Source: Patescibacteria group bacterium
GTDB taxonomy: Bacteria > Patescibacteriota > SICC01
DNA length: 64,000 nucleotides
Assembly (NCBI GenBank): GCA_040902515.1
Contig: JBBDXB010000006.1
Span: 130,219-194,218, forward strand
Reading direction: 5' to 3'
Part shown: one piece after another, positions 17,859-25,974 of the stretch
How the letters are laid out: each line of letters opens with the position of its first letter
Position numbering within the stretch: the first letter of the stretch is position 1
Program-made: the position numbers and the translations under genes
Notes under the pieces: model-generated
Database searches by the model: none
Seen by the model: the letters and a program-made list of their open reading frames with translations, nothing else
Told to the model about the DNA's origin: nothing

Positions 17859-18200
17859 TTATACGTCCTCGATTAAACGTTCGAACGTTCTTACTCGATG
17901 ACAGTTCGCGCATACCAGTTCGCATTTACTAATTTCGCGATCGAGCAATGCCCGATTATTCATCATAGCCAACCTGCTAACTAGTATTTCCTTGTCTCCG
18001 AGATGGTCGAAATCCATAACGTAGTACGGATATGTCTTCTTGCAATCAGCACAAGGGATTGAATTCTTTAGCTCTCTGAGATGCTTTCGCAACTCTTCTC
18101 GCCGCCTTCGATTCTTCTTGAGATATGTATCACGGTTGGCATAGTAATGATTCCGTATTGCAGCACGTCGCTTCTCAATATCTTTATACGGCATAGTCAT
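17859..18200 (-). CDS. HNH endonuclease
   Basis: CADC...MDFDHLGDKEILVSRLAMMNNRAL...CELVCANCHR: HNH His-Me finger with two CxxC pairs. AT-rich relative to neighbours. Immediately downstream of tRNA-Arg(TCG). Confidence 0.75.
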   Translation of the reverse strand: MTMPYKDIEKRRAAIRNHYYANRDTYLKKNRRRREELRKHLRELKNSIPCADCKKTYPYYVMDFDHLGDKEILVSRLAMMNNRALLDREISKCELVCANCHRVRTFERLIEDV

Positions 18201-18339
18201 ATTATAAGCAGCTTGCTGTAAAAATAATGGATGTCCCTGCGGGTAACTCCCCCAAAGCACCGCCAGGATGCGCTGAGGGAGATGCCGGTTTCCGAATCTG
18301 ATGCGCGTGATGCGCGAGAATCGGAAACCGGCAACGGCA

Positions 18340-19074
18340 CTAGCCGTTGGGAGGAACGAAGCGGTGCGGCTTGCCGGGACGTAAGAACGAGGGGCCGCCG
18401 ACTATGCGGGGAAGCTCCTTGTGCTTGAACGCCAGTCTGGTCGAGTACGCCAGAGGGGGCCAGAAGTAGACCGCGAGGAGAATGGCAATGGCGATCGCGT
18501 TCGAGCCCATCCGGCCGAAGATCAATACGAGAATCGGCAGGACGGCAAGCACGCAAGACAGCAGCGCCGTGATGATGCCAAGCGGGGTCACCTTCCAGCC
18601 CTTGGGCCGGAGCGGGGAGGTCGCATACCGCAGTCCGTCCGGTGTCAGCTCCGCCTCCGACCGGGCCCTCCCCAGGTACCAGGACTGCTGCTCGTCGGGC
18701 CACGTTATCGGCTCGACGATCCCGATGAACCGCTCTCGACCGGTGTCCATCCCCATGAAGGAGTTGACCCAGTCGTGCTCCGTCCCGCCGTCCACCTTGG
18801 GAAAGATGTCCAGGTATGCAGCGAGGTGGGGATGCCCGGCACAACCGAATGCAGTGTACATCCAGAGGTAGTCATGTGCGATCAAGAAACGCTGCAGCGG
18901 CTCCCCGCACTCCGAACAACCCATGGGTGAGACAGGGCTGATTGGCTCGACCCTCTTGACCGGTGTGGTCAATGAGAAATCGGGAGCGTCAAGCTGCAAC
19001 CCCTTCGCGATCACGAAGACACGACCATCCGCGATCTCGTCCAGTCCGTTGGCAGTTACTTTGACGTAGTCCAT
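18340..19074 (-). CDS. hypothetical membrane protein
   Basis: 244 aa with two C-terminal TM helices. No recognisable domain. Confidence 0.45.
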   Translation of the reverse strand: MDYVKVTANGLDEIADGRVFVIAKGLQLDAPDFSLTTPVKRVEPISPVSPMGCSECGEPLQRFLIAHDYLWMYTAFGCAGHPHLAAYLDIFPKVDGGTEHDWVNSFMGMDTGRERFIGIVEPITWPDEQQSWYLGRARSEAELTPDGLRYATSPLRPKGWKVTPLGIITALLSCVLAVLPILVLIFGRMGSNAIAIAILLAVYFWPPLAYSTRLAFKHKELPRIVGGPSFLRPGKPHRFVPPNG

Positions 19075-19214
19075 ACAGGCCTCGATTTCCGGTCAAGCAT
19101 CAGCACCATTGCTGAGGCCAGTCCCGGAAACGAAGGCTGTGAAGGTACGACTACTTAGATTGCATGACAAGAAGCGGCACCGTCAAACCGGGCCGCTCAT
19201 CAAGAAGCACATCA

Positions 19215-19601
19215 TCAGGAAGTTCCCTGGTTCGTCATGATAGCCTCCACATCGAAACCCTGCTCGGCCAACCAGGTGCGCATGCTGATGAGCGCACCCG
19301 GCGGTTCGTCGATCGGCTGCGCGGGATACCAACCTACTTCCCCCCAGGTCCCGGTTTCCCCTTGCTCGATATCACGCCGCCGGGCGACCAGGTTCAATAT
19401 CGCGATATGCGGACCCGACGTTTCACTTTCGGCGTGCTGCCGTGCCAGCTTGAGCAACCCGAAGACGCTCTCGGGGTCCGACGAAATGGAAACGGATTCG
19501 TCACCAAGCGGCAGACGGAACGATTCCGCACCCGGCGTCCGTCTGCTCGTCGCCAAGCCTTCGCGGACGGCGATTTCGGTGATTGATTCCTGGCGCTTCA
19601 T
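19215..19601 (-). CDS. hypothetical protein
   Basis: 128 aa ORF in the same operon-like minus-strand run. Confidence 0.4.
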   Translation of the reverse strand: MKRQESITEIAVREGLATSRRTPGAESFRLPLGDESVSISSDPESVFGLLKLARQHAESETSGPHIAILNLVARRRDIEQGETGTWGEVGWYPAQPIDEPPGALISMRTWLAEQGFDVEAIMTNQGTS

Positions 19602-19634
19602 GACATCCTACGGTAGCACAATCCTAGGCTGCCA

Positions 19635-20186
19635 TCAGCGCAGGCGGTCCCGCGAACGGATGAACGGAACCAAGTGTATGCCAACCAGAACGGCGTCCGC
19701 TTCCGGATCCACGTCGTCGACCGACCGGATGTTGCTCGCCTGGCATAGCCAGCCCCGCCACGCGGCCCTCGCCTGGCGGAACGTTTCCGCCTTCCTTCCG
19801 CCGGTCGTGAGGTCCCGGTCGTTCCAAAGCGCCCGGCTGTCCGGCGGCAGGATGTCGAACTGGGCCACGCTCTCAACCTCGATGATACAGCGCTCCCGGT
19901 GACGCTCCGGCACGCGACCGACCACGAGAACCCTGTCGGCGCCGGCATCGAGCGCGCGATCGATCAGGCGGTCGTCCCGATGGATCCCTTTCGCGAGGAT
20001 CGGCTTGCCGGTCCGGGCGCGAGCCCGCTCCAGCAGCTCGAATGACCCACCCCAACGCGAGTCGGTATGGACCGAGATCATGTCTCCGTGTGCGTCGGCC
20101 AGATCGAACAGTTCGTCCCAGGAACGATCGGCACGCCACCCGAACGGCGACCACGTCTTCACTTCGCTGATGAACGTATATTCCAC
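19635..20186 (-). CDS. divergent IGPS-like TIM-barrel protein (TrpC-like paralog)
   Basis: ISEVKTWSP...ISVHTDSRWGGSFELLERAR...PILAKGI...GADRVLVVG...IEVESVAQF parallels the IGPS motif order but is divergent. Confidence 0.45.
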   Translation of the reverse strand: MEYTFISEVKTWSPFGWRADRSWDELFDLADAHGDMISVHTDSRWGGSFELLERARARTGKPILAKGIHRDDRLIDRALDAGADRVLVVGRVPERHRERCIIEVESVAQFDILPPDSRALWNDRDLTTGGRKAETFRQARAAWRGWLCQASNIRSVDDVDPEADAVLVGIHLVPFIRSRDRLR

Positions 20187-20192
20187 GTGGTA

Positions 20193-20636
20193 CTACCCCA
20201 GCCGATCACGAATCAGCGCGGCAACGGCGCGCGCCTCGGATTCCGGTGTCTTCTCGCGGCTGCCCGGCCGGTACAGGAACTGCCGCGGCTCATATTTCGT
20301 GATGCCCGTGTCGCCTTCCTTTCGCGGCAACATGTGCAAATGCAGGTGCGGTACGCTCTGCCCGATACCTTCGTTCCAGGCGAAGTTATACCCTTCCGCT
20401 CCGAAGAGGTCGGCAAGTGCGCCGCGCAGCGTCCGTACCGTCCGGCTGATCGCTTCCCGTTCATCCGCGGTCAGGTCCGCCTCGCCTGACACGTGCCGCT
20501 TCGGAATGATCAGCACGTGCCCCGGGACGACCGGCATGTGCGTCGGGAGCGCCTTCACCAAATCCGTTTCCAGAAACACCCGGTCCTGCACCTCCGGCAG
20601 GTCGCAGAAATCGCATGGAGTGAGTCGGTCAGTCAT
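20193..20636 (-). CDS. HIT family (histidine triad) hydrolase
   Basis: HLHLHMLPR histidine triad and N-terminal CDFC. Start taken at MTDRL, 3 nt after the tRNA-His 3' end. Confidence 0.8.
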   Translation of the reverse strand: MTDRLTPCDFCDLPEVQDRVFLETDLVKALPTHMPVVPGHVLIIPKRHVSGEADLTADEREAISRTVRTLRGALADLFGAEGYNFAWNEGIGQSVPHLHLHMLPRKEGDTGITKYEPRQFLYRPGSREKTPESEARAVAALIRDRLG

Positions 20637-20638
20637 GT

Positions 20639-20714
20639 CGTTATCTTGGGTGGCTGATGGGACTTGAACCCACGACCTCCAGTGCCACAAACTGGCGCTC
20701 TAACCAAGCTGAGC
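20639..20714 (-). tRNA. tRNA-His (GTG) with genomically encoded G-1
   Basis: Anticodon loop TTGTGGC. Extra 5' G opposite discriminator C73. D-stem GCTC/GAGC. T-arm GTGGGTTCAAGTCCCAT. Confidence 0.75.
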
Positions 20715-20790
20715 TACAGCCACCATGCGTTGCGTATCGCAACGGCATTGTTCATTATGCCGGAATCGGTGCGCCGACGTAACGGACCTG

Positions 20791-20863
20791 TGCCCCGGGT
20801 AGGAATCGAACCTACAACCTTCGCCTTAGAAGGGCGCTGCTCTATCCGTTGAGCTACCGGGGC
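20791..20863 (-). tRNA. tRNA-Arg (TCT)
   Basis: Acceptor GCCCCGG/CCGGGGC, anticodon loop CTTCTAA, T-arm GTAGGTTCGATTCCTAC. Confidence 0.7.
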
Positions 20864-20939
20864 GCGCTCTCATTGTGCCGGTTCGGGCACCCGGCGGCCA
20901 CTCGGCACAATCGTGGCTCCCGCCCGGACCGTCTTGCGC

Positions 20940-21332
20940 TCAGTTGCCCGGGTTGATGATCGTTGCGACGCCGTCCCAGCCGACCGCCATCGTGATGATC
21001 GCCAGCAGCACCGCCGAAAGGAGCGTCGTCACCCAGGGCCAGCGCCGGCGGTAGAGGTTCCGCGCGAGTACGAACGCCGTCACCGCGAAGTTCGGGATCA
21101 GGAGCAACGCGGCGGCATACGCCAGCGGCAGGAGCACCACCGGGAAGTCGACGAAGAACCGGAGGTCCGGATGGGCCCGCTGGGCCTCGCCCTCCTGGAT
21201 GAAGTACAACGCCAGAATCAGCAGCGCCACGTTGGTCAGTATCAGCCCCACTACGGCGGGTAGCTGCTGGTCGAGAGTGTTGCCGGGACGGCGCGGTTCA
21301 GTCGCCGGAGCCGTCTGCGCTTTCGGCTTCAT
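20940..21332 (-). CDS. hypothetical membrane protein
   Basis: About 130 aa with 3-4 TM helices. Start taken at MKPKAQ; the longer N-terminus looks like read-through. Confidence 0.45.
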   Translation of the reverse strand: MKPKAQTAPATEPRRPGNTLDQQLPAVVGLILTNVALLILALYFIQEGEAQRAHPDLRFFVDFPVVLLPLAYAAALLLIPNFAVTAFVLARNLYRRRWPWVTTLLSAVLLAIITMAVGWDGVATIINPGN

Positions 21333-21657
21333 CACCGGCGGCGTTCGCTTCGTCCGGGTCGGTCGCGAGGAACTGGACGATCCCCCGGTCTTGCTTCGAG
21401 AGCCGGCGGTAAACGAACTGCGCGCACGATTCGACGTCTGCTTCACTCCATTCAGGATAGCAGTCGTGGACGATTTCATGCAGCAAGGTGAGCGCCCGGT
21501 CATCGAGTGAAAGCCCGCGTCTGATCACGATCCGGTCGTTGACCGGATCGATGTAGCCGTTTGCCTTGTTGTCCTTGCGGCCGAACTTCGGCAGCCGGTC
21601 GCGGAACGTGATGTCGTATCCGGTCTCGAAGATGCCTTGGTAAACGGTTGAGATCAT
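21298..21657 (-). CDS. small putative metallopeptidase-like protein (HExxH)
   Basis: LLHEIVHD HExxH motif in a 119-aa protein with an acidic C-terminus. Confidence 0.4.
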   Translation of the reverse strand: MISTVYQGIFETGYDITFRDRLPKFGRKDNKANGYIDPVNDRIVIRRGLSLDDRALTLLHEIVHDCYPEWSEADVESCAQFVYRRLSKQDRGIVQFLATDPDEANAAGDEAESADGSGD

Positions 21658-21776
21658 GCGTGTTTGTTTTCGTCAGCGGGCGCCGCAGGGCGCTTCGCTT
21701 TTTTGGAAAATTAAAGAATAGTAGCACGTTTTCGTGCCTAAGTCAATGAGCTGGGGCGTGATACGGAGGGCATACC

Positions 21777-21854
21777 GGCAACCCGGCCAATCAACCGAAG
21801 GGTGGTGCGGGAGATGCATGGCGGTCTCGAATGAATCGAAACGTGGTGCCACGC
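21777..21854. repeat. 78-nt direct repeat copy 1 (internal 14-bp hairpin)
   Basis: 75/78 identical to 22430-22507. Contains the imperfect palindrome cgggagatgcatgg...ccacgcatctcccg. Confidence 0.8.
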
Positions 21855-21871
21855 ATCTCCCGACGTACCCG

Positions 21872-22279
21872 TTACGACATCTGCGGGTTCTCTGTGATAG
21901 CTCCGCTCGCGATTGACACAAGCGCGTACGGGTCGTGGCCGTCGAGCAGTCCGCGTCCGGGGAGCCTGAGGTCAACGGGCTTTTGGATGAAGGGTCCGCC
22001 CGGGTGGACGAAGAGTCCGTGCGTTGCTATCCCGCCCTTTCGCCCTTTCGGGGCGCTGAACGAGTAGAGGCCGGTGACCCAGACCCTCTTCACTCCGACA
22101 CCGGCGATTCCAAGAAAGGCCCTGATATCCGGAGCACGGGCGCCGTCCTCGAGGATCATCACCCTGTAGGGCTGCTGCTCCTGGTCGACCCCGAACTCCA
22201 CCGTGTGCTTGTACGGATCACACACGGCCATGTAGTAGTCCCACTTTCCGGGACCGGTGAGGATGTTGAGAGAAGACAT
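21872..22279 (-). CDS. hypothetical protein
   Basis: RBS GGAGGA 5 nt before the ATG (MSSLNILTG). Flanked by the 78-nt direct repeats. No known domain. Confidence 0.5.
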   Translation of the reverse strand: MSSLNILTGPGKWDYYMAVCDPYKHTVEFGVDQEQQPYRVMILEDGARAPDIRAFLGIAGVGVKRVWVTGLYSFSAPKGRKGGIATHGLFVHPGGPFIQKPVDLRLPGRGLLDGHDPYALVSIASGAITENPQMS

Positions 22280-22385
22280 GACGTCCTCCTGTATCCAGTG
22301 CCTGGTTGGCGCAGGCACGCGCCCTGACTTCTCTTTGGAGAAGCGACCTGCCATGAAGGCAGGAATTGCACGTCATCCGTCGTAA

Positions 22386-22446
22386 CAGGTTGATTGACCG
22401 GGTTGTGAACGAACGAAGCCGACGTAATAGCAACCCGGCCAATCAA
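22386..22446 (-). promoter_or_regulatory. promoter with inverted-repeat operator-like arms (copy A of conserved module)
   Basis: Arms GTTGATTGACCGGGTTG and CAACCCGGCCAATCAAC (16/17 complementary) bracket a TATTAC -10. CGTTCACAACCCGG lies 12 nt downstream of the -10 on the minus strand. Confidence 0.45.
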
Positions 22447-22507
22447 CCGAAGGGTGGTGCGGGAGATGCATGGCGGTCTCGATGGAATCGAAACATGGTG
22501 CCACGCA
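22430..22507. repeat. 78-nt direct repeat copy 2
   Basis: Near-identical to 21777-21854. It lies upstream of gene 21872-22279, whereas copy 1 lies downstream. Confidence 0.8.
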
Positions 22508-22539
22508 GAGCTCCCGACTTTATACCGCTACAACCACCT

Positions 22540-23205
22540 TCAACTAACGAGTGCCGGAGGATCTCCGACCAGCTCAACGCGCAAAGCTTGAACTATGTTG
22601 CGCGTACTACGATCGAGCTGACTCTTGATATCGACCAACCTGTCGATCGTTCGAGATGAATCTGAGGCGCGTGGCTCCCGCAACATCTCGCGTAGCGCCT
22701 TGTGAGCTGACGGATGTCTTGAAGCAAAGGCGCAGCCAGCCAGTGCATCCGCGAGCATTTCGGGGTTCAGTCGCCGAAGCTGGTTCGTCTTTGCTCGAAC
22801 CAAGCCGACACGGAGAACTGGGATGTCCAGGTCCTCCCGGGTGATGCTGCCACCACGGTAGGTCAGACGTACGGCTCGGTAGAGCGGATGATTGGGAATC
22901 AGCCGCTGGTACCCCGTCCAGGCATAGCGGGCGAGCATTACCTCGTCCCACCTCCCCGCTTGGGCCAGGCGGCGGACACATGCCAGCTCCCAGACGCGAG
23001 AGCGGGTGAGTGACCGCTCCAATGAGCTCAGGCGATACGCGCCTATCAGCGCACCCGTCTTGAAGCCGACCGCCTGCTCCGTCTGACAGACGGTGGCAAT
23101 CGACTCCAACAGCTTCTGCACATCCAACACCTTCCGCTCAAGGCGCAGACGGCGCCAGAGCCTGAAGCGCTGGGGTAGGTCCTGAATCCACCACAAGAGG
23201 TACAT
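22540..23205 (-). CDS. hypothetical protein
   Basis: RBS AAAGGAGAGG before ATG (MYLLWWIQDL...). 222 aa. No recognisable domain. Preceded by conserved module copy B. Confidence 0.5.
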   Translation of the reverse strand: MYLLWWIQDLPQRFRLWRRLRLERKVLDVQKLLESIATVCQTEQAVGFKTGALIGAYRLSSLERSLTRSRVWELACVRRLAQAGRWDEVMLARYAWTGYQRLIPNHPLYRAVRLTYRGGSITREDLDIPVLRVGLVRAKTNQLRRLNPEMLADALAGCAFASRHPSAHKALREMLREPRASDSSRTIDRLVDIKSQLDRSTRNIVQALRVELVGDPPALVS

Positions 23206-23261
23206 TACCTCTCCTTTCGAATGGACGCGAAACGCGTCGTTGACTACACACCCGGTTGTAA

Positions 23262-23330
23262 CGGGTTGATTGACCGGGTTGTAAACGAACGAAGCCGTGA
23301 ATAATACCACGGCTATGCAGTTTATTACAA
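23262..23330 (-). promoter_or_regulatory. conserved promoter/operator module copy B
   Basis: Minus strand: -35 TTGTAA (23325-23330), 18-nt spacer, -10 TATTAT (23301-23306), then CGTTTACAACCCGG (23274-23287), TAGTCAA and cgaaaggag RBS. Immediately 3' of tRNA-Gly(TCC). Confidence 0.5.
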
Positions 23331-23343
23331 TCTTTCACTACTG

Positions 23344-23415
23344 AGCGGGTGGGGGGAATCGAACCCCCATTACCAGCTTGGAAGGCTGGTGTAATAGCCG
23401 TTATACGACACCCGC
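23344..23415 (-). tRNA. tRNA-Gly (TCC)
   Basis: Acceptor GCGGGTG/CACCCGC, anticodon loop CTTCCAA, T-arm GGGGGTTCGATTCCCCC, discriminator U. Confidence 0.75.
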
Positions 23416-23432
23416 ACGAATCCCATTCTAAC

Positions 23433-24533
23433 TCACCGGCCCTCGACCGTGCGCTCGCGCTCGTCCGGCCGGGTGTGCGCGGTCAGCTCGTTGTACCGGC
23501 GGACCTTCGCGTTAGCTTCGGCGACCAGGGCGTTGTACGGGTCCACCAGCGCGTTGTACCCCGTGATGTCCCCGGCCGCGAGCAGCGCGTCCGCCTGCGC
23601 TCCCAGCCGCTCCAGCTCAGACTTGAGCCGATCGATCTCCGCCTTGAGGTCCCGGAGCACCCGCTCGTAGGCCAGATGCTGCTTCACGATCACGCCGCGG
23701 TCCTGCAGGAACGTGGCGTAGTGCCGTTCCAGCTCGGGACTGAGGTCCCGGACTTCCGTACCGAGGATCGCGTGCAGCTCATCGGTCCGGTCATCACCTG
23801 AGTGCGAACCGACCCGGTCCGCCAGCTCCCGGTTGCCACGGACCGCCGCCTCGATCAGCGGCGTCAGACGGTCCTGCTCGGAACCGGACAGATGCTGCCA
23901 CACGGCATGGAGCATCTCATGCGCGGCCGTGACCGAGAGCTCCGGTCGGATCTCTTCCTGCGGGAGATCGATCAGGTAGATGTGATCGCCGGTATAGCAG
24001 CCCTGGAGCTGCCCTTCGTCCACCGCCGAGGAGCACTCCCGCTGGATGAACGATTTGGAAACCAATCTCGGTCGGGTCTCGAGGTAGCGGTCCGCGGCGG
24101 GCCGGGTCATCCGCGCGTCCAGGACCTGCCCGACCGCCACGGGATCGGCGCTCTCCGCGCAGCTCCGGGCGGATCCGCCGAACGTGCCCTGGCCGGTGGC
24201 GTAGTACGCGGAGCCGTCCTCGAGGGTCGTGCATACCAGATAATGCGTGCTGGCATCGTCCACCGCATAGACGATCGAGTCGGATTCCGCGGGCGGCGTC
24301 GGCGGTGCAACCAGCTCCGCCAGTCCCCCGGTCGCATCGGCCCGGGTCAGGGAGCCGTCCGTCTTCGGCAGATTCCCATCCCGTCCATCGAACGCTTCCT
24401 TAAGCTGCTCGACCACGGACCGGCGGGCAATGTCCCGCGTCTCGGCAGCCCGTCGTTCGGATTCGATCCAGAGCCAGCTTCCGGCAGCGACCGCGAGCGC
24501 CAGCGCGACCACCGCACCCAATCGAACCAGCAT
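23433..24533 (-). CDS. membrane-anchored putative zinc metalloprotease (HExxH) with coiled-coil tail
   Basis: N-terminal TM anchor, AAHEMLHAV HExxH motif and a C-terminal heptad-like region. Start set at MLVRLGAVV, just after tRNA-Pro. Confidence 0.45.
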   Translation of the reverse strand: MLVRLGAVVALALAVAAGSWLWIESERRAAETRDIARRSVVEQLKEAFDGRDGNLPKTDGSLTRADATGGLAELVAPPTPPAESDSIVYAVDDASTHYLVCTTLEDGSAYYATGQGTFGGSARSCAESADPVAVGQVLDARMTRPAADRYLETRPRLVSKSFIQRECSSAVDEGQLQGCYTGDHIYLIDLPQEEIRPELSVTAAHEMLHAVWQHLSGSEQDRLTPLIEAAVRGNRELADRVGSHSGDDRTDELHAILGTEVRDLSPELERHYATFLQDRGVIVKQHLAYERVLRDLKAEIDRLKSELERLGAQADALLAAGDITGYNALVDPYNALVAEANAKVRRYNELTAHTRPDERERTVEGR

Positions 24534-24554
24534 CGTCCGTGTTTGATGTTCCAT

Positions 24555-24628
24555 TCGGGGCGGTCAGATTCGAACTGACGACCTCCTGCTCCCAAAGCAG
24601 GCGCGCTGCCAGGCTGCGCCACGCCCCG
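24555..24628 (-). tRNA. tRNA-Pro (TGG)
   Basis: Acceptor CGGGGCG/CGCCCCG, anticodon loop TTTGGGA, T-arm GTCAGTTCGAATCTGAC. Confidence 0.75.
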
Positions 24629-24703
24629 TACGACCGTCCCCATTATGTACCGCCCTGACGTTTTGTGGGAATGAATCCGCAAGTTCCGGACATTCCAGAC
24701 AGT

Positions 24704-24736
24704 AAAGCCCCCTCGACACGATGCCGAGAGGGCTAG
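24704..24736 (-). terminator. putative intrinsic terminator downstream of HU gene
   Basis: On the minus strand, hairpin GCCCTCTCG-gcatcgtgt-CGAGGGGGC followed by a short T-run (ttt). Confidence 0.3.
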
Positions 24737-24756
24737 ATTTCGAAATCTACCATCGC

Positions 24757-25035
24757 TTACTTGCGGACGGCTTCCTTAAGGTTCTTGCCGGGAGTGAATT
24801 TCGCCACCGTCGTTTCGGGAATATGGATCCGCTCGCTCGTCGCCTGCGGGTTCACGCCCATGCGGGCCGCCCGGGTGTTCGCGTACCATGCACCGAAACC
24901 GCTGATCGAAACCTTGCCGCGGTTCTGGAGCGTCTTGGTAATCGAATCGGTCATCGCCTCGAGCGCGACCGTCGCGGCCTTCTTGGAGATCTTGGCCCGC
25001 GAAGCCATCGTCTCGATAACGTCCTGCTTGTTCAT
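24757..25035 (-). CDS. hup: HU family DNA-binding protein
   Basis: MNKQDVIETMA...GFGAWYANTRAARMGVNPQT...: HU/IHF fold signature. 93 aa from the MNKQ start. Confidence 0.85.
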   Translation of the reverse strand: MNKQDVIETMASRAKISKKAATVALEAMTDSITKTLQNRGKVSISGFGAWYANTRAARMGVNPQATSERIHIPETTVAKFTPGKNLKEAVRK

Positions 25036-25176
25036 CGTTGCACCTGCCATATGCCTCACCTCCTCTCGGGGGAATATAGTCAACCAAAGCCTTTTGCATT
25101 GGTAACCCTAGTATGCCGCGGGGTAAAAATATGTCAACGGCGGGGGCTGTGGATTCAGGCACGGCCCACGCCTGTG

Positions 25177-25971
25177 TCACGGGCGCGTGGAAAGCCGCGT
25201 GATTGACTTCGATTTGGTCGGACCGTCGGTTTCGACCAGGACGGCGTCGCAGATGTACGGACGTGCCGGTTCGATCCGGGGCGGCTTACTGACCGCTTCC
25301 CCGAGCTCCTTGCGAAGCCATGCTTCAGCCCGCTCGTACTGCATGCCGATCACCGTGTTCAGGCCGCCGCACATGCCGGCGTCGAACTGGATCGCCGTAC
25401 CGCCGGCCAGCACGCGGGCATCCGCCGACGGCACGTGGGTATGCGTCCCGACCAGCGCGCTGGCTTTGCCGTCGATCCGGTAGGCGACCACCATGAATTC
25501 GCTCGTGGTCTCGGCGTGGAAGTCGATGAAGATGGCGTCGGCCTGGGCGGCCTCGTCGGTCCCGAGCAGCGCGTCGACCGCCCGGAAGTAATCGTCCGTC
25601 TTGCCGTGGAGCTTCGAGATGAACGCGTGCCCGGCGATGTTCGCCAGAAGCAGCTGCCGGCCGCCCACCGGAATGAGCCGGTATCCGGGAACCGGATGGT
25701 CTCCCCTGATGTTCATCGGCCGGACGATGGGGTGCCGGGCGAGGTCGGCGGATTCCCGGTCAAGGAAATGGTCGCCGGTAGTGAAGGCGTCGATGCCGAT
25801 TTCCCGCAGGCGGTCCAGGTCCTCGGGAGTCGCCAGTTTGCCGCCGTGGACGTTTTCCACGTTCGCCAGCACGACGTCGGGCCGGTGCGCTTTCCGCCAT
25901 TCCGGCAGCGTTTCCTGCACGGCCGTGATTCCCGCCTCGCCCTGGAGGTCGCCGAAGAAGAGGATCCGCAC
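25177..25971 (-). CDS. ymdB: TIGR00282-family metallophosphoesterase (YmdB-like)
   Basis: MRILFFGDL...GDHF...HAETTSE...GTHTHV metallophosphoesterase motifs. Conserved rny-ymdB gene pair. Confidence 0.8.
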   Translation of the reverse strand: MRILFFGDLQGEAGITAVQETLPEWRKAHRPDVVLANVENVHGGKLATPEDLDRLREIGIDAFTTGDHFLDRESADLARHPIVRPMNIRGDHPVPGYRLIPVGGRQLLLANIAGHAFISKLHGKTDDYFRAVDALLGTDEAAQADAIFIDFHAETTSEFMVVAYRIDGKASALVGTHTHVPSADARVLAGGTAIQFDAGMCGGLNTVIGMQYERAEAWLRKELGEAVSKPPRIEPARPYICDAVLVETDGPTKSKSITRLSTRP

Positions 25972-25974
25972 GGG

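Noticed and set aside
20193-20690. Longer 165-aa form of the HIT gene
   Set aside because: The first 18 codons read through tRNA-His. HIT proteins begin near the CDFC motif, so the MTDRL start was used.
21673-22446. ORFs 21673-21975 and 22159-22446 containing ASFVHNPVNQPVTT-like peptides
   Set aside because: These are translations of the repeated intergenic DNA elements (78-nt repeat and conserved leader), not proteins. The same peptide string reappears wherever the DNA repeat does.
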